DNA from: Candidatus Methanoperedens sp.
GTDB taxonomy: Archaea; Halobacteriota; Methanosarcinia; Methanosarcinales; Methanoperedenaceae
Reading direction: 5' to 3'
Length of the DNA stretch: 32,000 nt
Assembly: GCA_021409285.1 (NCBI GenBank)
Contig: JAGFND010000007.1
Coordinates: forward strand, 1-32,000
Under the pieces are notes generated by a model. That model saw only the letters and a program-made list of their open reading frames with translations, made no database searches and was not told where the DNA came from. Shown here piece after piece: positions 18,123 to 25,923 of this stretch. The stretch's first letter is position 1, and every line of letters starts with the position of its first letter. The position numbers were made by a program, and so were the translations under genes.

Positions 18123-18150
18123 CAATTTATTAAACAATAATGAGAAAATA

Positions 18151-18294
18151 ATGATATGTAAACATTGTGGGCACACTGTTAGTATGGCAGGAGGCCTGTG
18201 CTTTCATACAGAGAATGGTTTCTCGCAAACCTGCAAGATATGTGGTTGCAGGTTTCCGGAACAAGATGAGGATCACATGGTGAACAATAAATGA
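18151..18294 (+). CDS. 47-aa zinc-ribbon peptide (MICKHCGHTVSMAGGLCFHTENGFSQTCKICGCRFPEQDEDHMVNNK)
   Basis: CxxC (C3, C6) and CxxC (C28, C31) pairs plus an acidic tail. I chose the ATG at 18151 within the 63-aa track ORF. It lies 28 nt after the transporter stop on the same strand. Confidence 0.5.
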   Translation: MICKHCGHTVSMAGGLCFHTENGFSQTCKICGCRFPEQDEDHMVNNK

Positions 18295-18310
18295 AAATAA
18301 AATTAATCAG

Positions 18311-18414
18311 TTATATAATATTTTTGTTTCTTCTAAAGGTTAGGCATCATAAAATTTTTTCAATTGAAAAAATTACTCCTAAACAATTGGTGTCTAACCG
18401 GAATTTGAAATAAC
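18311..18414 (+). promoter_or_regulatory. Repeated TATA + conserved-stem leader element, copy 1 (upstream of the tandem USP gene)
   Basis: Block A is TTATATAATATTTTTGTTTCTTCTAAAGGTTAGGCATCAT. Block B is ACTCCTAAACAATTGGTGTCTAACCGGAATTTGAAATAA. GGTTAGGCA (18338-18346) can pair with TGTCTAACC (18391-18399), giving 9 bp with one G-U. The element is near-identical to 19389-19494. Confidence 0.5.
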
Positions 18415-18504
18415 GATATTTCCTGATATTAAAATTGTGCAAATTTTAAAACCAGTAGATTGAAATACAAGAAATTAGTAAATAACGAGATATGGGAGGA
18501 TATA

Positions 18505-19377
18505 ATGTTCAATAAAGTTCTATTTCCGACAGATTTTTCAGCGAATGCGCATAAAACTCTTGAGTGTATTGGTGAGATTCCCGGTGTAAAAGAGGTAGTG
18601 CTTTTGCATGTTGTTGCAGTCCCCTCGGGTGTTTTCGATTCAAAGCATGGGTGGATTCAGGGACCGCATGTAGAGGATGCAAAGATTCGCCTGGAAGAAC
18701 ATAGAAAACATCTTGAAAGTCTTGGATTGAATGTCACTACAAAAGTAGATATAATAACGACTGGTGATATATCACAGGTCATCCTGGGGATTGCCGATAA
18801 AGAAAACGTTTCTTTAATCATAATGAACTCTCACGGAAAAAGCCTGATTAAAGGCCTGCTTCTTGGAAGTGTCCCACTCGATGTAATACGCCATGCAAAA
18901 ACAGATGTTTTGCTAATGCGTTATAAATTAGCGGAAAGTCTTGAAGGTGAAAAGTCAGAAAAGTTTTGTGAGAAGATTTTTTCAAAAGTGCTTCACCCAA
19001 CTGATTTCTCAGAGCCTGCCGGAATGGCGTTATCCTTTGTAAAAAATCTGCAGGGAATTGAAGAAATCGGACTGGTGCATGTGGTTACTAAAGGTGAGAC
19101 AGATGATGAGATAAAGGCCAATGTACAGGAGGCAAAAAAGAAGCTTGAGGATATCAAGCTTGAACTTAGCGGTGCAGATTTTAAAGTGAAAGATTACGTC
19201 CGCGTAGGAAGCCCGGCAGAGGAAATTTGCTCTGTGGCCGAGGATGAAGATGCCTCGATGATAGCGATGAGTTCTCATGGAAAAGGTTGGCTCAAAGAAT
19301 TATTATTAGGTGACACGACCTTCGATGTGGTCAAAAATACAAAGATACCTGTTCTGGTTGTGAGAGCTAAGAAATGA
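18505..19377 (+). CDS. Tandem universal stress protein (two UspA domains)
   Basis: Two repeats of the USP pattern are present (KVLFPTDFS...LLHVV...NSHGKSLIKGLLLGSVPLDVIRHAKTDVLLMR and KVLHPTDFS...LVHVV...SSHGKGWLKELLLGDTTFDVVKNTKIPVLVVR). The ATG at 18505 is preceded by GGGAGG. The track start at 18460 is an upstream TTG. Confidence 0.9.
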   Translation: MFNKVLFPTDFSANAHKTLECIGEIPGVKEVVLLHVVAVPSGVFDSKHGWIQGPHVEDAKIRLEEHRKHLESLGLNVTTKVDIITTGDISQVILGIADKENVSLIIMNSHGKSLIKGLLLGSVPLDVIRHAKTDVLLMRYKLAESLEGEKSEKFCEKIFSKVLHPTDFSEPAGMALSFVKNLQGIEEIGLVHVVTKGETDDEIKANVQEAKKKLEDIKLELSGADFKVKDYVRVGSPAEEICSVAEDEDASMIAMSSHGKGWLKELLLGDTTFDVVKNTKIPVLVVRAKK

Positions 19378-19388
19378 GATAATGGCTA

Positions 19389-19494
19389 TTATATAATATT
19401 TTTATTTTTTCTAAAGGTTAGGCATCATTAAGATTAAGTCGAGTGCCAACAAACTCTTAAACAATTATGGTGTCTAACCGGAATTTAAATAAAA
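19389..19494 (+). promoter_or_regulatory. Repeated TATA + conserved-stem leader element, copy 2 (abuts the start of the DUF1614-like gene)
   Basis: It has the same two blocks as copy 1, with 2 substitutions in block A and, in block B, 2 substitutions and a 2-nt AT insertion. The stem arms are at 19416-19424 and 19471-19479. The ~25-nt segment between the blocks is unrelated in the two copies. Confidence 0.5.
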
Positions 19495-20187
19495 ATGTTT
19501 GCAAAGTTGGTTGAATTGTCTTATCAAATATTTCCAAGGATCAGAACCTCAGTTATTGCTTTCTCGTTTTTAATCCTCGTGTTGGTTTTCATATTTATAT
19601 GCTTGAATATCTCAGGCACTGCTTTCAAGAAACTGGGATTTCCTCCAGAATATTCGGTCTATTTTCTTTTTTTGTCACTGCCTTGCAGTTACTTAAACAT
19701 TCCCATTAAAAAGGTCAGGTCGCGCGTCTCCGTGATTTCAGACAAAGCAAGTTATACTCTAAAGTCGGGTTTGTCAGCTTCATCTCTTAAAATGTACAGT
19801 ACAATAGCTATTAACATAGGAGGCGCAGTTATTCCGATAATAATGTCAGTATTTCTGTCCACAAAGGCAAATCTGGTTGAAATCTTATCAGGAATTCTTG
19901 TCATGACGATAATTATTCATAAGATTGCTCGACCTGTGAAAGGTTCTGGGATCTTGATCCATGCGTTGCTTCCTCCGTTTCTGACGGCTTTTATTGCAAT
20001 TATTATCTCTCCTCAAAATGCACCTGTTATCGCCTACATCTCAGGCACATTTGGCTGCATTCTTGGCATCGACATACTCAACCTGAAAAAAATCCCCGAC
20101 CTTGGCGTGCCATTTGTTTCTATTGGCGGAGCAGGGACATTTGATGCAATATTCCTGACTGGTATAATATCTGTGCTCCTGGCATAG
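19495..20187 (+). CDS. Integral membrane protein, DUF1614-like
   Basis: 230 aa with ~6 hydrophobic segments. Blocks such as INIGGAVIPIIMS and GGAGTFDAIFLTGII recall the archaeal DUF1614 family, a call made from memory. There is no SD, and the ATG directly follows the conserved leader. Confidence 0.5.
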   Translation: MFAKLVELSYQIFPRIRTSVIAFSFLILVLVFIFICLNISGTAFKKLGFPPEYSVYFLFLSLPCSYLNIPIKKVRSRVSVISDKASYTLKSGLSASSLKMYSTIAINIGGAVIPIIMSVFLSTKANLVEILSGILVMTIIIHKIARPVKGSGILIHALLPPFLTAFIAIIISPQNAPVIAYISGTFGCILGIDILNLKKIPDLGVPFVSIGGAGTFDAIFLTGIISVLLA

Positions 20188-20360
20188 GGATTCCTGAGCT
20201 TCTTTATATATATAATAGCTCATATTCTTTTACTCCTGATATTCACGGGATCTTATTTTCCCACCACCATCTCTGCAATTTCCGCGCCAAAAAGCAAATT
20301 CTTAAATATCTCGCCTGTACATTGAATGAAAAATACGGGGTACTCTGGAGTTGAAAATAG

Positions 20361-21500
20361 ATGCACCACTCAAAGAATGATTACTGGGCTGGAAGGGCGA
20401 TATCTCCCATTTCGATCAGTGAGGATATGGATATTACAGATCTCGTCGATAATGTCTTTGACTGCATGGGATATAATGCAAAAAGGCTCGCTGAAGCATG
20501 TCATCTTTTCAAGACAATGATCGATGAGAACTCATCAGTATGTTTGACTCTGGCCGGCGCCATGAGTCCTGTGGGCATGGGCGGGGCTATCATCAAAATG
20601 ATAGAAAAAGGTTTTATAGACTGGATCGTTACAACAGGCGCCAACACTTATCACGATATGCATTTTGCATATGGATTACCTGTGCACCAGGGGAGTTTCA
20701 CTGCAGATGACAATGACCTTGCAGACGCTGATGTCGTCAGGATATACGATGTATTTATAGACATGCAGCGAACGCTTATAGCACAGGATAAAATCATTCA
20801 GACACTTACCCAGAAAGCTTTTGATAATGGAGATTTCTCGAAGAAATTCGGGACTGCCCATTATTACAGGACTCTCGGAAAAGGAGTAGAGGAGACTGCA
20901 AAACATCCTGAGCGTTCATTTATTGCAGCAGCGTCAAAAAATGATTGTCCGGTATTTGTTCCGGCTTTTGCGGATTCATCCGTCGGGATGGGAACAAGTT
21001 ATCTTCCTATAATAGCCTGTGCCAGATCTGGCAGAGAAAAACTCCATCCCATTGATTTTGTTGATCCAAGTCCTACAATGGATGTTCTTGAAAGTGCCGC
21101 CATAGTTCACAACAGTATGATCGAGGACATTCCGCGAGGAGTTCTTGAAGTGGGAGGAGGTGTGCCAAAGAATTTTCTTCAGCAGACAGGGCCCACTATC
21201 TCGCAGATACTTGGCATGGAATGTCCTGGAGAGAATTATGTTATCCAGTTAACGATTGACCGCCCCGATACGGGAGGATTATCCGGCGCCACGATAAACG
21301 AAGGAAAATCATGGGGAAAGATCCCCAGAGCCGGAGAGGGAAATGTTGTTCCGTATATTGATGCGACAATCGGTGTACCGGTTATTTTTGCCTATGCACT
21401 TTCAAACTGCAAACCGCGAAAGCTCAAACGCTATGGAAGCAAGCTTCCTGAAATGACTCAGGAACTCATTAAAGCTGCATTGAAAGTAGTTAAGAATTAA
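20361..21500 (+). CDS. dys: Deoxyhypusine synthase
   Basis: Blocks LTLAGAMSPVGMGG, WIVTTGANTYHD, GGGVPKNF and NEGKSWGKI (the catalytic-lysine SWGK motif). GGAG lies ~10 nt upstream. Confidence 0.85.
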   Translation: MHHSKNDYWAGRAISPISISEDMDITDLVDNVFDCMGYNAKRLAEACHLFKTMIDENSSVCLTLAGAMSPVGMGGAIIKMIEKGFIDWIVTTGANTYHDMHFAYGLPVHQGSFTADDNDLADADVVRIYDVFIDMQRTLIAQDKIIQTLTQKAFDNGDFSKKFGTAHYYRTLGKGVEETAKHPERSFIAAASKNDCPVFVPAFADSSVGMGTSYLPIIACARSGREKLHPIDFVDPSPTMDVLESAAIVHNSMIEDIPRGVLEVGGGVPKNFLQQTGPTISQILGMECPGENYVIQLTIDRPDTGGLSGATINEGKSWGKIPRAGEGNVVPYIDATIGVPVIFAYALSNCKPRKLKRYGSKLPEMTQELIKAALKVVKN

Positions 21501-21511
21501 GCCACCAATAA

Positions 21512-21751
21512 TCATTCATTTTCGTGTGTTATCCAGTAAACAGCCTTATATTTCTCGGCAAAACCGTAGATGTTCTTTGCCATCACTGCCCTGCCGTATT
21601 CCATTAATTGTCCGCCCCGGTCAAGGATATAAGTATTCTCTCCAAGTTTGGTTACTGTAAAGATTTCGCCTTTATCTTCTGTTCCTATATGAAGAACATC
21701 GCCGTTCTTCAGTTCGTTGAGTTTTGGTCGTACTGTTGATTTCTCTATCAT
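21512..21751 (-). CDS. Hypothetical 79-aa protein
   Basis: An ORF 20 nt downstream of the SGNH hydrolase gene on the same strand. I recognise no motif. Confidence 0.45.
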   Translation of the reverse strand: MIEKSTVRPKLNELKNGDVLHIGTEDKGEIFTVTKLGENTYILDRGGQLMEYGRAVMAKNIYGFAEKYKAVYWITHENE

Positions 21752-21771
21752 AATACTTGATCCTCCGGGTT

Positions 21772-23760
21772 TTATTTGCTTTTCACATAATCCCCAAACA
21801 TAATTGCAATTGTTAGGAGAAAAAACACAATAAGAAATTTCAGTTTGATCGGAAGCGCAACTATCGATGATATAAGGGCATTAAGTGTTGATCCTCCAGA
21901 CCCAGGCTTCTCACTTGAGGACATGTTCACACTTCCTCCTCTGCTGCCGTTCACATCTTGAGGATTGTTCATGGTTTGATTGGATTTAGCGGTCACGTTA
22001 ACTTCCCATGTTATGATGTTGCTTGTGCCATTTTGATTTTCTGCGAAAACCCGGATGGTCTTAAGTCCCGGATCAGCCCATGAAGCTGTAAAATCATTAT
22101 TGGTTCGAGAAACGCTATAAATACCATCATATTCCCAATCCCAGGACGTTATTGCCTGGTCAGCTATTGCACTGAAGTTTACGTTTTCACTGACATTAAC
22201 GCTAAGAGATAAACTCTTACCATTTGTCCTGCTACTGTTCCACACGATAATGGCAGGAGGAATATTGCACCGTATTGAGTAAGTTCCCGATGGCAATTTC
22301 TTTGTGAACCTTATATTTCCGTTCATAGCTACTTTTGTTTCTATATTCATAGAATCCGAAGATAGTAAATCACACTGATTTGGAGATAAATTGTCAATGT
22401 TTATCAAACCGATAGTACCACTATAAATCGTTATGTTTGCATATTCTCCCGCAGCAGGCATATTAAGACTTACATTTGCAGTCCCGGTTGTTGATGCCAT
22501 CCTCAGGGATATATTGGTCGCATCACTGAGGCTTGTACTATAAATGATAGTCCCATCGGGCTGGATCAAATTATACAGTCCCTCCTTTCCATAAACGAAC
22601 CTGAAAGAATCTTTTATGGCCTGTGCGATCCTTTCATTTCCAATAGAATTATAATGCAGCCCATCCCCTGTATATTTTCGATCAATATCCCAGCAATTCC
22701 CTGGTGGACCAGATGCCCTCTGAACACCTATATGGCATCTTGCATCGACGACAATCGACGGGGAATAGAGATTTGCCAATTTAATTAACTGCTCATTCAT
22801 ATATGAAATATTGTCTGACCTTTCGTTTGTTGCTCTCGAATCCGGCAATATTAACATTATTACAGGAGTTATTTTCTTATTAGATGCTTTTTGTATCATA
22901 GACTCCCAATTATCAAGGGTAGTCGTATAGTCGATGACAGGATAAGCATTAATATCGTTTATTCCCCCTTCTATCAAAACAAATTCTGGCGATAAATCAA
23001 CCACATCTGAAATAAATCTGGAATTAAGCTTCCCGGTCGTATCGCCGCCAAAGCCCATATTCTGGTAACTTTTATCAACTTTTCTTGACCATTTATTTTC
23101 AATTGATGCCTGTATATCTGTGACATCTTCATTTTGAAGGAAAGATAGGTGTTCAGGAAATCCTGATATTATCGAATCGCCTATGAAAGCCATGTAGGGT
23201 TTATCCATAAAGGGCTCGACCACAAAAACATATGTTGTATTGGTTTGATGTGTCCAGTTGTAATTTGTTGAGGATGTTACTGAATCGGATACATAAAATG
23301 TTCTATGGTCTGTCACATTTGTATCAATATAGAGCGCATCTGCTGAAGATTTGATACTATATCCATAAAAATCACCCTCCTGTACTCCTTCTATTGGAGT
23401 GGCCAGATCTATTATATTTATACCATTTGAAATATTATTGATTAAATTATCTGTTGTGGCAATTCTATCATAATTAGTTCCATTTTTTCTCCATATGGTA
23501 AATATGAATTGTGTTAATTTGGAAGCATCTGCAACCGCAAATCGTATTTGATAAATCGTTCCATTTTGCCGTATTCTGTCATTGTGTCCTGCCTGTATGA
23601 ATTCTGCATCCATACCCCCCCAATTTGGAGTTCTCTGAACAGGAATATCTGCATACGGTGCAGTTTTCGTAAGTCCGGGTGATAAAATATTATTTGCAGC
23701 GACAGGAAAGATCAAAAAGAAAATAAATATTAATGAAAAAATAATTTTTCTATATTTCAT
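21772..23760 (-). CDS. Secreted, C-terminally anchored SGNH/GDSL-family hydrolase with a PKD-like domain
   Basis: Signal peptide MKYRKIIFSLIFIFFLIFPVAA. SGNH blocks FIGDSIISG (I), GGINDI (III) and GDGLHYN (V). There is a PKD-like stretch (WDWEYDG...IRVFAENQNGTSNIITWEVNV), a Ser/Gly linker and a terminal TM helix. Confidence 0.75.
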   Translation of the reverse strand: MKYRKIIFSLIFIFFLIFPVAANNILSPGLTKTAPYADIPVQRTPNWGGMDAEFIQAGHNDRIRQNGTIYQIRFAVADASKLTQFIFTIWRKNGTNYDRIATTDNLINNISNGINIIDLATPIEGVQEGDFYGYSIKSSADALYIDTNVTDHRTFYVSDSVTSSTNYNWTHQTNTTYVFVVEPFMDKPYMAFIGDSIISGFPEHLSFLQNEDVTDIQASIENKWSRKVDKSYQNMGFGGDTTGKLNSRFISDVVDLSPEFVLIEGGINDINAYPVIDYTTTLDNWESMIQKASNKKITPVIMLILPDSRATNERSDNISYMNEQLIKLANLYSPSIVVDARCHIGVQRASGPPGNCWDIDRKYTGDGLHYNSIGNERIAQAIKDSFRFVYGKEGLYNLIQPDGTIIYSTSLSDATNISLRMASTTGTANVSLNMPAAGEYANITIYSGTIGLINIDNLSPNQCDLLSSDSMNIETKVAMNGNIRFTKKLPSGTYSIRCNIPPAIIVWNSSRTNGKSLSLSVNVSENVNFSAIADQAITSWDWEYDGIYSVSRTNNDFTASWADPGLKTIRVFAENQNGTSNIITWEVNVTAKSNQTMNNPQDVNGSRGGSVNMSSSEKPGSGGSTLNALISSIVALPIKLKFLIVFFLLTIAIMFGDYVKSK

Positions 23761-23762
23761 GA

Positions 23763-25058
23763 TTACCTGACTTTACATCCTATCCCTTCAAGAAGGGATC
23801 TTATACTTCCAATGACGGCATTTGAATCGTGATCTCCAAATATTATTATCCTGAATGAAACGCTTGTTCTATCTTTATAAGGATAAATGTCAATGATATC
23901 AACTGATATAACTCCTTCGGATCTGCAAACTACCTTCTTTATGATCTCAGGATCCGAATACTCCGGAATGAAAACTGATATATCGCGTGTCACATTTCTA
24001 AGGTTCTTCGCTTTCCAGATAAGCAAATCCAGTTCACTGAGGGGCCTGACATTTTCTATTAAAAGTTCAATCTCTTTTCCCCCTCTTTCTATCAAAACCG
24101 TTCTGGGACTCACTTTCTTAATGGTGCCGAAATGGACAACTCCGGAATATACGTGTTTCAGGGCAAACTCATGACCTATCGAGCGCACAAGTTCTTCGTG
24201 TTCTGCTATTTTTGTCCCGATAAGCTTTTCAGATCTTCTGAGTGCGGATTCTGTATCTTTGAAATGGGATGAAGCTTTTTTCATAAGGGCTACAAAGCTG
24301 TCGACATCTTTCTTTTTTACTATATCAGCCATCTGGTTGCACTGGTTGATGTATGCCCTGTGCACTCTTGCGACTTCAGGATTCATCTGTATCATGGCAT
24401 ACAGATAGGGATTTTGAGCAAGTATCCTTCCTACAAGATCAAGCATGATATCATACATCGGGCTCATGAACCTTCGTGATCTTGCCACGTCGAATTCAAG
24501 CTCGCTGAAAACCAGACCGATCGAGATATATGCAAAGTGTGTAAGACCCTGAACCACTGCCATCATTTTGTCATGTTCAACCGCATCCATTATCTCGATA
24601 TGCGCCCCGTTGTCCTCATAAAGTGCCCTTATTATAGGGAACCATTTTGCACATCGGATCGGTGTAAAAATCACGATCTGTCCCCTTATATCTGATATAG
24701 ACGGCCCGAACATGGGATGCGAGCCCAGTATCTCGACATCCTGCGGCGCATACTTTATCATTTCCTCAACAGGGCCGGTCTTGATCGAGGTGATATCCAT
24801 TAATAGACTGCCATGTGACATTTTGGGGGCTATATCCATTATTGTTTTTTCCGTGATATTGATAGGAACCGAGATCATGACGATATCGCTGCTTTTTATC
24901 TCATGGTCAAGATCATCTGCAAATTTCACGCCAAGTTCATTTGCTATGTCTTTTCTCTTATTTACACCCCATACTGTAACATCGTATCCGTGCTTCTTAT
25001 AGAATTTCACGAACCAGCGGCCTGTTTCTCCAGTCCCACCAATAATGAGTAATTTCAT
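23763..25058 (-). CDS. tyrA: Prephenate dehydrogenase with a C-terminal ACT-like domain
   Basis: Rossmann N-terminus MKLLIIGGTGETG. Blocks GSHPMFGP and HDKMMAVVQGLTHF. The C-terminal ~140 aa is regulatory-domain-like. Its start abuts the aroE stop. Confidence 0.85.
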   Translation of the reverse strand: MKLLIIGGTGETGRWFVKFYKKHGYDVTVWGVNKRKDIANELGVKFADDLDHEIKSSDIVMISVPINITEKTIMDIAPKMSHGSLLMDITSIKTGPVEEMIKYAPQDVEILGSHPMFGPSISDIRGQIVIFTPIRCAKWFPIIRALYEDNGAHIEIMDAVEHDKMMAVVQGLTHFAYISIGLVFSELEFDVARSRRFMSPMYDIMLDLVGRILAQNPYLYAMIQMNPEVARVHRAYINQCNQMADIVKKKDVDSFVALMKKASSHFKDTESALRRSEKLIGTKIAEHEELVRSIGHEFALKHVYSGVVHFGTIKKVSPRTVLIERGGKEIELLIENVRPLSELDLLIWKAKNLRNVTRDISVFIPEYSDPEIIKKVVCRSEGVISVDIIDIYPYKDRTSVSFRIIIFGDHDSNAVIGSIRSLLEGIGCKVR

Positions 25059-25871
25059 TTAAAGCCTCTTTCGCACAGCTTTTTCCATAACATCAACCGG
25101 AGGCATTATCCCTGTCCATATCTTAAAAGCCTCAGCGCCCTGGTACACCAGCATCATTACACCGTCAATTGTTTCTGCGCCAGCTTTTTTTGCTTCCTGA
25201 AGAAGCCGGGTGTTCTGGGGATTATAGACAATATCAAATACAGTCAGATTACTATGCATCATATCCGAGGTCACGATAGTTTCTGAAACATCTGGTGACA
25301 TTCCAACAGAAGTGGAATTGATCAGAATATCGCTATCCCTGATAATAGTTACAGGATCATCAAAACTTGATGCCTGGACTCTTCCAACTTTACTCACGTC
25401 CTTTGCGAGAGCTTCTGCCCGCCCAATAGTCCTGTTCACAATCGTAACAGATGCGCCGTCTTTTGCAAGCTGGAATGCGATCGCTCTGGCAGCCCCCCCC
25501 GCCCCAAGAATAAGGACTTTTTTCCCATTGATGTCAATACCTTTCCTGGAAAGCGCCATTCTGGCGCCTATTCCATCCGTATTATATCCTGCGATTCCGT
25601 TCTTGAAATCAACTGTGTTAACAGCACCTATCTGTCTCGCGAGGTCTGCTGGTGTGACTATATCAAGTGCTTTTTCTTTTAGTGGTATCGTGAGATTAAG
25701 GCCGCCAAAGGAAAGTGCACAGGCACCATATATCGCATCCCGGAGATTTTCAGGGCTTACTCTGAAAGCATGGTATTCACAGTCTATCCCCAGTGCGGCA
25801 AAAGCCGCATTGTGCATGGCCGGTGAAAGACTGTGTGACACAGGATCGCCAAGAACGCCATATAATTTCAT
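25059..25871 (-). CDS. aroE: Shikimate dehydrogenase
   Basis: [32 protein letters not shown] and the [12 protein letters not shown]-binding loop are all canonical AroE blocks. Confidence 0.95.
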   Translation of the reverse strand: MKLYGVLGDPVSHSLSPAMHNAAFAALGIDCEYHAFRVSPENLRDAIYGACALSFGGLNLTIPLKEKALDIVTPADLARQIGAVNTVDFKNGIAGYNTDGIGARMALSRKGIDINGKKVLILGAGGAARAIAFQLAKDGASVTIVNRTIGRAEALAKDVSKVGRVQASSFDDPVTIIRDSDILINSTSVGMSPDVSETIVTSDMMHSNLTVFDIVYNPQNTRLLQEAKKAGAETIDGVMMLVYQGAEAFKIWTGIMPPVDVMEKAVRKRL

Positions 25872-25923
25872 CCTATCTTAATTAATGGTGATGGTTAAAA
25901 AGTATTACGCATAATTTTATTAA

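Noticed and set aside
15421-19500. The repeated AT-rich blocks; considered as a CRISPR array or MITE pair
   Set aside because: There are only two copies of each of two unrelated repeat types. They have no regular repeat-spacer periodicity, no terminal inverted repeats or target-site duplications, and each sits in a promoter position. I interpreted them as regulatory duplications instead.
20326-20520. 64-aa ORF overlapping the deoxyhypusine synthase start in another frame
   Set aside because: It is out of frame with a strongly supported gene and has no motif or SD. The DHS ATG at 20361 has its own GGAG.
25312-25881. 189-aa plus-strand ORF antisense to aroE. Similar antisense ORFs lie inside treS, tyrA, the V4R gene, cbiD, the M20 gene and others.
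   Set aside because: These are shadow frames of well-supported genes. Their composition is biased and there are no start signals.
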